NCBI RefSeq assembly: GCF_006345805.1
Contig: NC_042997.1
Location: 131,874,001-131,938,000 of the forward strand
From: Octopus sinensis
Lineage: Eukaryota
DNA: 64,000 nt
Direction of reading: 5' to 3'
Shown here: in pieces, positions 37,173 through 50,969 of the stretch
Position numbering within the stretch: position 1 is the stretch's first letter
Layout: every line of letters starts with the position of its first letter
Made by a program: the position numbers and the translations under genes
Notes under the pieces: model-generated
What the model was told of the DNA's origin: nothing
What the model saw: only the letters and a program-made list of their open reading frames with translations
Database searches by the model: none

Positions 37173-40100
37173 TATATTAAAGGAGCAAGACTGACAGTGT
37201 GGTCAAGGATTGTGCTTAGCAAAGGTTTTTCTGGCTTCAGTTTCACAGCACAGCACTTGGAGCAAGTATCTTTAACTATAGCCCTTTAATTATAACCCTA
37301 GACTGACCAACGTTTCTGAGTGGAATTTGATAGAAGGAAAATTTGCAGAAATCCATTGTCTACATACATATCATACTTTTATATATCCCTCAACACTGTG
37401 CCTCACACAATTGAGGGGCCTTAACTTGCAAGTGCTCGGTGACTTCACCAGTGCTGGTGCCATAAAAAAAAAAATGCACCCAATACACTCGAAAGTGCTA
37501 GGTATCATGAAGGGCATCCAGCTGTAGAAACCATGCCAAAGCAGATACTGGAGCTTAATGCAGCCTTCTAGCTCAATATTTACTGCCAAACTACCCAACC
37601 CATGCCAAAATAATGATATTTATGTATCTGTAGGCATCAATTTATATCAGTGTGAGTTATTAAATATTGATGAGAAAAAGAATGTCATTTTGCAAATGAG
37701 GTCCCCACTGCATCAGGTTAGGCCCTTCCTTGTCACATTCAATGTCAGAAATACATTGAATTGGTGATTAGCTTGTTGGATACTTGTAATCAATGATATA
37801 CTTGTTCATAAATTGTTGAGGCAAGTGAAATTGAAATCAAATTCGATGACTGGCATCTGTGCTAGTGGAACGCTAAGAGCACCATCCGAGCGTGACCATT
37901 GTCAGAGCAGCTAACTGGCTTCCATGCCGGTGGCATGTAAACGGCACCATTCAAGCATGATCGTTACCAGCGTCACCTTACTGACACTTGTGCCAGTGGC
38001 ACGGGAAAAAACATTCGAATGAGGTCGTTGCTAGTGCCGCTGGACTGGCTCCTTTGCAGGTGACATATAAAAAAAAACACCATTTGAGTGTGGCCGTTGC
38101 CAGTACCACCTGAATGGCCCTTGTGCCAGTGGCATGTAAAAGCAACCACTACACTCATGGAGTGGTTGGCGTTAGGAAGAGCATCCAGCTGTAGAAATTC
38201 TGCCAGATCAAGATTGAAGCCTGGTGCAGCCATCTGGTTCACCAGTCCTCAGTCAAATCGTCCAACCCATGCTTGCATGGAAAGCGGACAGTAAACGATG
38301 AGGATGATGATGAAATCTCACAGTTGGCAATAGATCGTTTCTGTTTGTACTCTTACATCCCTTTGATTAACTTTACTTCCCTTTTAATCATTAAGTCTGA
38401 TTTTCTACTCTTGCATGGATTACTTGGTTCTTGTCCAGCACTGCTTCTCACCAATTGCTATATAGTCCCTTGTCATCTTCTGTGTGATGTACAGCATTCA
38501 GAGATCAGCTTCACCATTTTCTCCATTTTTACAAGATTATTTAGCACTTTTCTTTTATCCATCTATCATCCTCTATAGGCATCTCATGCCTGTACCTTCT
38601 GATTATGTCTTACACATTACAGTTGATTCCTCTTATACCCGTCTGTTTTGGCAACTCATTTCTGTTACAGCATTTACACCCCTGACCCACACCAAATTCC
38701 TCCACCTTCTCTTTCAACAGATATTCACAACTGACCATACCTGCACCACGTTTGCCACTCATGCATTTCACCTATCTCTATCTTTACCTATCTACCACTC
38801 CCCTCTTCACACACATGAACTTAGCTTTCTACCCATGCCACTTCACTTATATCCACCTTCATGTAACTTGAGTGTATGCTCTGACATCTTCCTTTTTCAG
38901 CTGGGTTAACCATACATCTCCCTACAGCATAACATGCATTTCTGTCCCTCCATAATACTTTACCCTCTTGTCATATTGTATAAAGCCTCCACTCTAAATG
39001 CTATTCCCTCCTCAGTTGTCGGGGTTTTGTCTTGCAGGTTACTTGGTAACCTCGCTGTTACGAACACCACATAAAAAGCACCCAGTAAACTTTGTAAAGT
39101 AGTTGATATTAGGAAGGAATCCGGCCATGGAAATCATGACAAAGACAATGGAGTTTAATGCAGTTTTATAGCTTGCAAGTTCTTGACAAACCATTCAACC
39201 CAAGCCAGCATAGAAAATGGTGGCGAGCTAGTAGAATCGTTAGTACACCGGGTGAAATGCTTGGCGGTATTTCGTCTGTCGCTGCATTCTGAGTTCAAAT
39301 TCTGCCGAGGTTGACTTTGCCTTTCATCTTTCGGGGTCGATTAAATAAGTACCAGTTACGCACTGGGGTCAATATAATCGACTTAATCCGTTTGTCTGTC
39401 CTCTCTGTGTTTAGCCCCTTGTGGGTAGTAAAGAAATAGATATTTCTTCTGCTGCAACGTTCTGAGTTCACACTCCTATGAGGTCGACTTTACCTTTCTT
39501 CCTTTTGGTGTTGATAAATTTAGTACCTGTTGAGTACTGGGGTTGATGTGATTGACTGTCCCCCTCTCTACAAAATCCAGGCTTTGTGTCTAGAGTAGAA
39601 AGGATTAAATGATAATGATTGTTTGTTCCAGCAGAATGCAACAAGCTGGCAGAATCGTTAGAATATAGGGCAAAATGCTTTGTGGTATTTTGTTCATTTT
39701 TATATCATCATCGTCGTTGTCGTTTAATGTCCACTTTCCATGCTGGCATGGGTTGGACGGTTTGATTGAGAACTGGCAAGCCAGCAGGCTGCACCAGGTT
39801 CAAATCTGATTTAGCAAAGTTTCAACAGCTTGATGCCCTTCCTACACACATACACATATAATGGGCTTCCTTCAGTTTCCATCTACCAAATCCACTGAAA
39901 GTTTTGATCAGCCTGGGGTTAGAGTAAAAGACACATGCCCAATATGCCACACAGTAGGATTGAACCTGAAACCATGTGGTTGGGTAGCTAACTTCTTAAC
40001 CACATGACCATGCCTGTGCCTTTTGTCATTAGTAAAATAATTCAAATTTGAGTTCCAGTAATTATCAGTTGGAATCCTAGTTCTGAATTGTTAATGTGAG

Positions 40101-42122
40101 TAATATTTTATAATTAACTATAATCATAATTAAATTCTATTCACAATATGAACATAATTAGCAGCATTGCCCAAATTATTAATACCTACAATAAATGCAA
40201 TCATATAAGTTCACTATATTTCAATTAAACTTCTTGAAAAATGTCCGGATTCTCTTCAACCAATTAGAAATACTTTAAAATATATATCTTCTTCTTCTTA
40301 ATCCTTTTTGCTCCTTGTGGAGAATAGGGCCGGTTTCCTTGGCATATAGGTTCCCCACCTGGACAGGACGCCGGTCCATCGCAGGCGAGCTGCAAGATGC
40401 AGGAGGAAAGAGTGAGAGAAAGTTGTGGCGAAAGAGTCAGCAGAAGTTCACCATTACCTTCTGCCAGAGCTGCGTAGAACTTAGGTGTTTCGCTCATATG
40501 CACACACATCACCCAGTCTGAGATTCGAACCCACGATCCCTCGACCACGAATCTGCTGCTCTAACCACTAGGCCATGTGCCTCCACAAAATATATATAGA
40601 GATCTTAAAATAAAATTACCATTCTTTTAATATATTTCAAAATCCTCATCATTTAATGTTCATTTTCCATGCAGGTTTGACTGGAGCGGGCAAGCTGGAG
40701 AGCTGTACCAGGCTCCAATTGTCTGTTATGGCAAGATATCTACGACTGGATGTCCTTCCTAATGCCAGCTCCTTTACAGAATGTACTGGATGCTTTTTAC
40801 ATGGCACCAGCATGGGTGCTTATGAGGCATCAGCACCTGCAAGCTTGCAAGGCAAGAACCTCTTAGCTAAGAGCGAGGGTGGAACCAAAAGGTTAGAGTA
40901 TGATAGAGGGACAATACTATACTAGTTACTCTAAATGAATTATTTTTCTAATCAGTAAATATTTCCAATGTCTATTGTTGTGCTTGAGGTATATAAATAC
41001 TGTTACATGTTTCCCCCTAGGCTAAGGCTTAAGTCTGACATGAGCCTTAAAACTCGTAAGATTTTAGCTTGATGTGGTTTCCATAGCATACGACTGGGTT
41101 ACATTTCCTCCTGAACAGGATGCCAGTCCATTTCAGGGTTAACTTCCCAAATATTGTTGGAATTCATTTACAGTCGAATGAACTGGAATAATGTGACATT
41201 ATGTGTTTTGCTCAAGAATGCAGTGCACCAACCAGTTTGAAAACCAAAACTCCAACCTTAGAATTGTGAGTGCAACACCTTAAACTCTAAGACAAACATT
41301 TTCATTGAGAAACTTAAAAAAAAAAATCGGAAAATTTATATACCCTACGAATTTCCCTTGAAATGATGTATCACCATCATTTAATATCCAGTTTCAAAGC
41401 CAGCATGAAGTTCTATGGTTTGACAGGCTCTGATTGGTCCAAGGACTGTATTCTGCTCCACTCTCAACTTTGTCATGGTTTCTATGGCTGGATGCCCTTC
41501 CTAATTCCAACCACTTTACAGCATCTACTTGGTGCATTTTTGTACCACCAGCAAGATTATGAACCCCAAGGGAGGGCTTTATGCTGGGGCAGTGGTTCCC
41601 ACACTTTTTTGGGTTGCCACCCCTTGGCACTCAGGCCACATTATCAGTGCCGTCTCCCCTGCCACAAACATAGACCACTTTCTGCATTAAATTCAAAACA
41701 AATGTATTTCACAAGCTTAACCTAATTAAGCTATTATTTTATTGTTTTTACATCTATCACCCCCTTTTGGCCACCCCATTATTGCTCTCACTTTACTTCA
41801 GTGCCTCACTGGATATTTCCACTGCCCCCAGTGGGGCAGTACTAGCCACTTTGGGAACCACTGTGCTAAGGGACGAGTGGGTTAACCTATGAGAGTAGAG
41901 CAGGTTCTTGAAGAGCAGCAGCAAAGAAATAGTGGTGATAAGGTATGTCCCCTTAGAAAATAAGAGGAGTAGAAGTGGGTGAATATTTGTATCCCTAAGC
42001 AAAATTTCTGCTACCTTGATGCAAAACTGTGACTTACAACTTGGAAGATACATTCATCATCATCTAACATCCAATTCCCATGCTGGCATGGCTTGGATGG
42101 TTTGCCAGGAGCTGGCAATCTA

Positions 42123-43832
42123 CACTGGCGAAAATAAATTTAAGACTGACGATAAAAGTTCTATTTCTTACAAAATATTTTGTTACTAACACCATACAAA
42201 TTATTTTTATTTTTTACACCTTATGCAGAATTTATTTCTCTTTCGAATGTTGCAGATAACAACTATTTTTATACAACTTGAAGAATTCTAATGCTAAATT
42301 AATATAAATGTTTCAAATTTACCGGCAAAATTAGTTTAAGACTGTATTATTATAATTTTATTTAAAGCTTAAGATTGTAGCAAAATGAGCAACAAGAACC
42401 AAATACATATTAGTACTTTGTGCCGTAGCCTTTATTCTTAATAACAGCTGAACAACGCCTCGGCATTGAATTCACTAAGTGATTACAAAATTCTATGGGA
42501 ATGTTTTGCTATATTTCATTGATATAATCGAATAATTGTTTTACATTAGATGGTTTTTTAGCATGAAGTTTTTGGGAAACATAATTCCACAAGTTCTTGA
42601 TCGGATTCAGGTCCGGGCTCTGGGGAGGCCATTCGATTACGTCAATATTATGGTGATCAAAAAATTCCATAACCTTTTTGGCTTTGTGCACAGGACTATT
42701 GTCCGGCTGATAAATAGCCCCCGGAGGCATTTGGTGAGTCAAATATGGCACAACATTATCCTTTAGTAGATTCATATAATCTACACTATTTAACTTTCCA
42801 TCAACTTTTACTAGAGGGCCAACACCAAATCTACTAAATGCCGTCCACATCATCACACCCCCCACTCTCCACTTGCACCATCTTTTTCATGCATTTTGCA
42901 TGGAATTCCTTTGTTGGGCGACGTCTGATGTGTTTTACCATATGATCCAAGTATACAGAAGCGTGACTCGTCACTCCAAAGGACCCTGCACCAATCTTCG
43001 GCAGTCTATTGAGCATGGGATTTTTGCGAAATTAAGGCATTTGAGTCAATTTCTTTTGGATATTATTGGCTTTTTCCTAGCGATTCGTCCATGTAGTCCA
43101 AATTCTCTCAAACAGTTGCAGACGGTTTGTGGTGTAAAAATAACACCATTCTTGTTGGACAATTGTTTACAAATGTCAACGGCTGTCAGCATTTGGTTGT
43201 CTTCCAAAAGTCGGTGGATTCGACGGTCCAACTACGCCGTCGTTTTTCTTGGGGCGCCAGTCCTTTGCTGATCTTTATATTGACCAGTCTCCGAGTATAA
43301 TTTCCACTTGCACACAAGCCGTTTTACTGTATTTTAGTTGCTTACTGATGTTCAAGACGGAAACTTTTTGCTGGTGGAGTAATACGATTTTTGCTCTTGT
43401 GACTGGACTGAGGCTACGTTGTTTTCCCATTATTAATCAATTATATAATAACGTTAAATTATAACACTATATAGTGCAGTTAGGTTAGTTGTGTGACCAC
43501 CCATTTTGGCAAAAAAAAATTGCATACATATTGCATGGTCTTAAACTAATTTTGCCAGTAAATTTGAAATGTTTATATTAATTTAGCATTAGAATTCTTA
43601 ATGTTGCATAAAAATTGTTATTGCCTGCATCATTCGAAAGAGAAATAAATTCTGCATAAGGTGTAAAAGATAAAAATAATTTGTATGGCGTTAGTAACAA
43701 AATATGTTGTAAAAAATAGAACTTTTATCAATTGCAGCATGGAAGGTGTTTATAAGCCATTTAAGAAACACACAAAAGCCGTTCGATTCACTTCAACTTT
43801 TATCATCGGTCTTAAATTTATTTTCGCCAGTG
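42123..43832 (-). mobile_element. Tc1-family DNA transposon of IR-DR type with TA TSD
   Basis: TA at 42121-42122 and 43833-43834; TIR cactggcgaaaataaatttaagac at both ends extending ~220 bp to inner repeats (42322-42342, 43538-43558). Confidence 0.93.
42430..43430 (-). pseudogene. Frameshifted Tc1 DDE transposase
   Basis: MGKQRSLSPVTRAKIVLL..., GLHGRIARKKP, WSDESRF, GGVMMWTAF, YQPDNSPVHKA, WPPQSPDLNPIKNLW (catalytic E replaced by K); several frameshifts. Confidence 0.9.
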
Positions 43833-44015
43833 TAAAAGACTATGCCAAGCTCAACTGTCTGCTTTGGTACAGTTTCTATGGTTGGATGTGCGTATATGGG
43901 ATTTAAAATTTACAATTCTTTAAATAAATTAACTTATTTTTTCCTTTGTTACTGGTACACCAATGCTAGTGAAACAGAGTACAAACAGAAAATAGATGGT
44001 AGTGTAAAGAAATAG

Positions 44016-44343
44016 TGAAGGCGCATGGCTCAGTGGTTAGGGCGTCGAGCTTATGATCGTGAGGTTGTGAGTTCAAATCCCGGACCGGACTGCATGTTGT
44101 GTTCTTGAGCAAGACACTTTATTTTACGTTGCTCCAGTTCAAGCAGCTGTAGAAATGAGTTGTGACATTACTGATGCCAAGCTGTATCGGCCGTTGCCTT
44201 TCCCTTGGATAACATCGGTGGCGTGGAGAGGTCGGTATGCATGGGTGACTGCTGGTCTTCCATAAACAACCTTGCCCGGACTTGTGCCTGGGAGGGTAAC
44301 TTTCTAGGTGCAATCCCATGGTCAGTCATGACCGAAGGGGGTC
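44016..44343 (+). mobile_element. tRNA-derived SINE family D
   Basis: Head ggcgcatggctcagtggttagggcg...gagttcaaatccc followed by ttgagcaagacacttt...ttgctccag; related decayed copies at ~48230-48550(-) and ~54650-55000(+). Confidence 0.75.
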
Positions 44344-47168
44344 TGAGCAGCAGCTCAGCTCAGTAAAGAAATAAAGAAGCAATATGGTAAATGAATGAGA
44401 CATTGAAGACAAACAAGTAAATAAGAACTGATATATTGTTTTATTAAAGTCCTTGTTGCTATTACCATTAAATGTCTAAACATCTGGTTTATCTTCAATA
44501 TTTTTCAAGTGTATGTCATTGTTTCATAGTCACAGATGAGAAAACAAGTCATAACAAGAAACAAAAAATAATGTTTGGAAATAAAAATGAAACAAATAAT
44601 TATGAAGTCTATGAAAGACAGACAGCAGTATACAAGTTGCCTGGAGAACGTATGAAGATCTGCTAGTGTCTTTGTGGAGGAAAATAAATAGTGGATTGGG
44701 AATATTTGTTTACAATATTGTTATCCATCCTTGCCACCCACAGTCTAAGTCAAGGGTGGTGGGGACAGAATGTGATATGTGAGTGCTATTTTATAACTGA
44801 TTGTTATTGATTTTTTTTTTTTTTCATTTTAACATGTTAATAGATTTCAATGATAGATAATGGAATACAAAACTTATGCTAGGAATTTTGTCAACATCTA
44901 ATTATGAAATAAACCCTTCATTTAACAACTGGCCATAAAATTAGATTAAAAAAAAAAAAAACCCAGTTTGTAAAAATTAATGTTTTCTCCATTATTTAGA
45001 GAGAAAAAAAAACTATGTAAGCCATCTGATGAAATGTTTGAATATATTGCTGACAAAAAAAACACAAATCTGCTAACTTCTTTATATTGGTTCTACTACT
45101 TGTTCATTATTCACCATGCATGAAGATTGGGTGTGATTAATGTTCCACTCAACATGCATATATCATTCATTCATTCTTTTTTTTTTTTTGTTCCTTATTG
45201 ATATTGTACCAGTCCAACATTGACATAGTGTACAAAAATAACAAGCACTAATTGTAAACATTTTTGTGAATATGCACCACGTTTTTAGCCAAGTCCACAT
45301 ACCTATCACATTTTTTTCTTTTTTTTAATAATATAACCCATATTGGGTTTGATAACTCTATAAATTCTGATATATGCATAAAATGTCTGATCTGATTAAC
45401 TTTTGACAACTTGCCTTTCCCAGCTTACATACCCATTCACTCTTCTGTTGAGAGCACAGCAATCACTCAACCTACTAAAAATAGCAGCTAAACCTTCCTC
45501 AGATCGCACTCTTGCATCTTGGATACAGTAGATGGAGTAGTCCAAGGTTAACAATAAAAAAAAAAAAGGGCCATGATTGGAATGCCTTTGACCCTAGGTC
45601 TGCTCGATCAAGGTCAACTTGGAACTAAACAACAACAGTGAACTGAGTCAAATATGTGTAGATCAAGGACAATAACACAACTGAAAGGTGACAGTGGTGG
45701 CCTTTCTAGTTTGATCAATTCTATAAATAATTTTCTGTATGACGCCAAACTGTGCCCACTCCCACCTTCAGTTTTCTCAACTAAGTAGATACAGATAAGG
45801 ATTTCAGACCTTATGAAATATATTGTGTGAGGTAAGGTATAGAAAGACCTTTTACATACATTTTATGACAGTGCCCCAGGTGAGTAACAGCCAACCAGCT
45901 AGCTGGCTGGAACCAAATAAGAGAGAATAAAAGAAAGGAAAAATACAGCATGCTCATAATCGAAAGTGGGAAAAGTTGCAGGCAAATGAAATCATTTCAT
46001 GAAAGAAAATATCTCGTTAGCCACCCTCTTCTATAAAACTTAAATCAGACAGATGAGTTAAATGGTTGAGCTACTGAACAACTATTTTTAAAAAGCAAAA
46101 CCCCTTTATTTTCTACATGTTTTTTTTTTTTTTAATTATAAAATAAAATTGTATTAAAATGTATAATTTAGTGATTTGTGCTTGCAGCAATATAGCATAA
46201 AAAAGAGGGGGTGATTTTAAGTCTCTCCTTCAATTATGTTAGTCAATAAATTCATTAATGTAATTAAGGGGAGAATAAAGGAAGAAAGAAACAAATGACT
46301 ATTTGGCAATTTTATTGATGCATTTGCCTGGAGATATGAATATCTAATAGTTGTAAACTCATGAGCATCGTGTATGAACCTTAAAGCACACAAGTTTGTG
46401 TCACAGGTTATTTGCACATAAGACTGCATGTATGTAATGCTATATGCGCATACACTGTAGTATATATATATTAGTTTAATATATTTAATTTTCTTGTTAT
46501 CATCAAACCTTTAAATTTTTCACACAGCAACGATTATGCAGTAATAACGATGACTGTATAACCATTGTTATAATTTTTTTTTTTTTTAAATACCCAACTT
46601 ATTTTGTTTATTATTTGACATTAAATTTTGTTTTGTTTGATAATTTCTAAAATCGTTACAGGCCAATGAACAAATATTGTATGCGCAACAAACTTAAAAA
46701 AATTTTTTTTAATGGGCAGGTGAGGGTGGGGGGAAGCAGGTAAATTATACGTTGAGATATACAAAATACATTAAAAGAACAGTAACAACAGTACTGTTTG
46801 TTGATGGCCTATTGTTTTATGAACAGGTTTAAATGTTAAGTAACTCAACAGATTTAAACTGTTCATCGGAAGTGACAACCGAAATAAAAAGGATGAGCAG
46901 CAGTGGAAAGGAGGAAGCTGTAGAGGAGAGATGTCCAGGGCACTAAAAAATATCACAGTAATATGATTTTTGTTTTGTTTTGGTCTCCTCTTTTCCATTC
47001 TCTCTTTCTCACTCCTCTTCAATGAAACTGTCCCTTCAATAAACTTTTCACCGTTTACTCATGTTTTATATCACTGTAGCAGAACTAAGATAGAAAGATA
47101 TATATATCTATCCAACCTTAGAGTGCTAAATTAAAAAAAAAATAATAATAATTAAAAAAAAAACTGTT

Positions 47169-47265
47169 TCATTTGTCCTTCTGTTGACATGGAATGCAGC
47201 CACTGTGTTCCTTATCCAACTTCTCAATACCACGAGCAAACAATTTTACCAGCTGACAATGGACC
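47169..47265 (-). CDS. CERK: Ceramide kinase terminal coding exon (VHCQLVKLFARGIEKLDKEHSGCIPCQQKDK*)
   Basis: Matches the CERK C5 motif VHCQLVRLFARGIE; tttcag acceptor; phase-2 join to the exon at 49589. Confidence 0.92.
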
Positions 47266-49169
47266 CTGAAATGATTAGACAAAGAAATGGGTCTACATTA
47301 GTTCTGAACTGACAACATTTTAATGTAATTTAGTTTGGGGATTTGGTTTGCAAGATTCTTTATTTGAGTTTGTGTGTTGAAGCATATTCTGTTGTGTCTG
47401 GGGAGAGTCATTTTCATTTTTGTGCCTTACACACTCACCGGTAAAATTTCCACTTTTTTCTTATTTTTATTTTCCTAAAATTTTCGTTGCATCTTGCAAC
47501 ATTTTCAATAGTTTCAATAGTTTTGAGAGTCAAAACATGTGTTATATTGTAAGGCACAAAAAGAAAATAACTCTCTCCAGACACAACAGAATTTTAATGT
47601 AAATTATATCAAAAACAATAAGCACCAGCTTGAGACAAACTGCCTAACAGAAACATGGTTCAATTTCCATCAGTGAATGTGCTATGATCTTCTCTGAAAT
47701 TGGTGAAACACTAATATTTAACCCTTTCGTTACCAACCCAGCTGAAACCGGCTCTGGCTCTGTAGTACAACTGTCTTGTTTTCATTAGTTTTGAACAAAA
47801 ATCTTTCACCAACGCTTAGTTACAATGTTCTGAACACTAGCTTAATGATAAAGTTATTTTACTAAATTCTTTGTTGTATTTAAAATTAACTGAAAGACAC
47901 ACACAGCATCTCAAAATAAATACAGTAACAAAAGGGAAAGTAAGACAGGAAAGAGTATCCATCATCATTATTTACTGCCTGTTTTCCATGCTGGCATGGG
48001 TTAGACAGTTTGACTGAGACTGTTAAGCTGGAGAACTGTACCAAGCTTCAACTTGATGTGGCTGGCTTTCTATGGCTGGATACGCTTCCTAATGATAACC
48101 ACTCCAAGACTGAAATGGGTGCCTTGTACATGTCACTGACCACTACTACAAGTTCACTTGAAAGGTCTTGATCCCTTGTCATATTAAAGTATCTATATAT
48201 CTCATTCTGTAAAAAACCCCTTCAGTCATTAACAACCATGGAATTGCACTTAGAAAGCTCCTCTCTGAGGCACAAGTCCAGGCAAGGTTGTTTATAGAAG
48301 ACTAACAGTCGCCCATGCATACCAGCCTCCCCTCTTCACACCACCAATGTTATCCATAGGAAAGGCAAAGACCAATACAGTTTGGCACCAGTGAATTGGC
48401 AACCCATTTCAATAGCTGAGTGAACTGGAGCATCATGAAATAAAGTTTCTTGCTCAAGAACATGACACATAACCCAGTCCAGGAACTGAACTCACTACCT
48501 CATAGTTGTGAGCCCAATGCTCCAATCACTGAGCCATGTGCCTTCACACCTCCCTTTCTGTGTAGTAGGTAAATCTCAAAAAAGGCATCAATCTTTAACT
48601 GTCTCGTTTACCATTGCCTTGTTGATTCTGTTCTCTGCAATATTTCTCTTTTACTTGCTTCATTCATTGGACTGCAGCCATGCTGGGACATCACTAACAA
48701 GGGTTTTGGTCAAACAGCTCAACACCTGGACTGACTGTTTAAGCACAGCACTAATTCTATCAGTCTCTTTTGCTGAACCACTAAGTAACAGGAATATATA
48801 CAAACAAATACCTGTTGTCAAGTGATAGAAACAGACACTAACACACCGCATATACATGAAGGGCTTCAGTATAGTTTTTGGTTACCAAATTCACTCACAA
48901 GGAATTGGTGAGCCTGGGGCTCTAGTAGAAGGCACCTGCCCAAGGTGCTGTGCAAGGGGATTGAACCTGAATTAACTTGGTGTATTTTGGTGTTATTCTC
49001 AGTTGAGATTTTAACAATAAAAATGAGAATTTGGCTTACTACAATATTTGCAAATCATCAAGATTTTTTTATCAGCCAGGTTCACTGGTGTAATGGGTAG
49101 TACACTTGGCTGCGTAAGCAAAGAAGTGTGAGATCGAATCCCACGCGTACGGATAACCTACATTTTTTA

Positions 49170-49545
49170 TAGGCGCAGGAGCGGCTGTGTGGTAAGTAGC
49201 TTGCTTAACAGCCACATGGTTCCAGGTTCAGTCCCACTGCGTGGCACTTAGGGCAAGTGTCTTCTACTATAGCCTTGGGCTGACGAAAGCCTTGTGAGTG
49301 GATTTGGTAGACGGAAACTGAAAGAAGCCTGTCATATAAATGTGTGTTTGTCCCCCCCCCCCAATATCGCTTGACGACCGATGCTGGTGTGTTCACGTCC
49401 CTGTAACCTAGCAGTTCGACAAGAGAGACCGATAGACTAAGTACTAGGCTTACAAAGAATAAGTCCTGGGGTCAATTTGCTCGACTAAAGGCGGTACTCC
49501 AGCATGGCCGCAGTCAAATGACTGAAACAGTTAAAAGAGTATGAG
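49170..49545 (+). mobile_element. Family A SINE, full length
   Basis: Matches family A consensus. Confidence 0.85.
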
Positions 49546-49588
49546 TTAAGGGAGTGAAAAAAGTACAAAATATATGTGAATTTCTTAC

Positions 49589-49779
49589 TGGACATGGACA
49601 CTTGGAGAGCCAATGACTTCACCATCACAGTTCCAGACACTGTTATGCGATGACTTGGAGTTTGACCGAAATAGTTGTTGCCGACAGTTTACTTCACCAG
49701 CCTCTAACTCAAATTCATCTTCAAGTGGACGGAACTGAAACTCTTTGACTCGATGGACTTGAACAAAATCAAAGTCAAA
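49589..49779 (-). CDS. CERK: Ceramide kinase exon (FDFDFVQVHRVKEFQFRP...SVWNCDGEVIGSPSVHV)
   Basis: cf. CERK FDFTFVEVYRVKKFQF...WNCDGEVL; ttttcag / GTAAGA boundaries; 191 nt, phase 0 to 2. Confidence 0.93.
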
Positions 49780-50969
49780 CTGAAAAGATGACATAAGAAG
49801 ATTCATCATTAAATACTAAAACACAACTATACCAATAATAATAATAATCCTTTCTACTAAAAGCACAATGCCTGAAATTCAGGGAGAGGGGACTAGTTGA
49901 TTACATTGATTCCAGTGTTTCACTGGTGCTTAATTTATCAACCCTGTAAAGGTAAAAGTCAAAGCCGACCTTGGCGGAATTTGAACTCAGAACATAGTGA
50001 CGGATGAAATGTGCTAAGCATTTTGTCCATCATGCTAATTATTCTGCTAAACACATCGAGACATTGGTATGACTATATTTTTGCTTTTAAGGGATGAATT
50101 AAGGCCTTACACTCTGCCTAATTTAAACACCGTCTTCTGACCCTTGTATTACTTTAGTAATGTTCAGACTCTTGCCCAGCTACTGCTAACTACATTTTCC
50201 CCTTTAGCACTGCCACTGTCAGAGGCTAAACATAGTAAAGATTTCCTTCTAGCAGCAGTCCATGGCTTGACTCCATAGATAACACCCTCAAAGGTTACCC
50301 TTTCTGCTGATCCATAATCCTGTATCCTCTTCTACAATTCATGACTGATGTATCTCTCCAACAGGCCACCTGAAGTTACTATTGATTTACAATTAAGTTA
50401 CTCGCGATTGACATAGAAGCAAATCATGAGCCCATAGTGACCTTTTACCTTCATGTACCTACTTAAAAAAAAAAAAAGAATTCCGCTACAAGAAACTTGT
50501 CCGGCTTTAGCCCCATCTCTCTTACTTTTATCCCTCATCTCTAAGCATCCTTGGGGTTCATAGTAGTCATGTAAGCAGCATGGCACCCCCACTAAAGTTT
50601 TTAGCATAAAATAAAACCATCTGGCATACTGTAAAATGGCAGGCATTAGGAATGACATACAACCATGGTACAGTCTTTGGGTCCATCACATCCTGTCAAA
50701 CCATCCAACCCATGACAGAATGGAACATGGACATATGATGATGATGACAGTAGTTCACTTTCTATACATCATCATCATTTAAGGTTCGCCTTCCATGCTT
50801 GCATGGGTTGGACGGTTTGACTGGGGACTGGCAAGCCAGTAGGCTGCACCTGGCTCCAATCTGATCTGGCAATATTTCTACAGCTGGATGCCCTTCTTAA
50901 TGCCAACCACTCTCAGAGTGAAATGGGTGATTTCTACGTGCCACCAGCACAGGAGCCAATCAAGGGGAA

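Noticed and set aside
38320-39010. 141-aa ORF 38484-38909 as a gene
   Set aside because: Low-complexity, no splice-consistent partner; probably the antisense of a decayed LINE, too degenerate to classify
44016-44100. tRNA gene
   Set aside because: tRNA-like head continues into a SINE body and has no acceptor-stem closure
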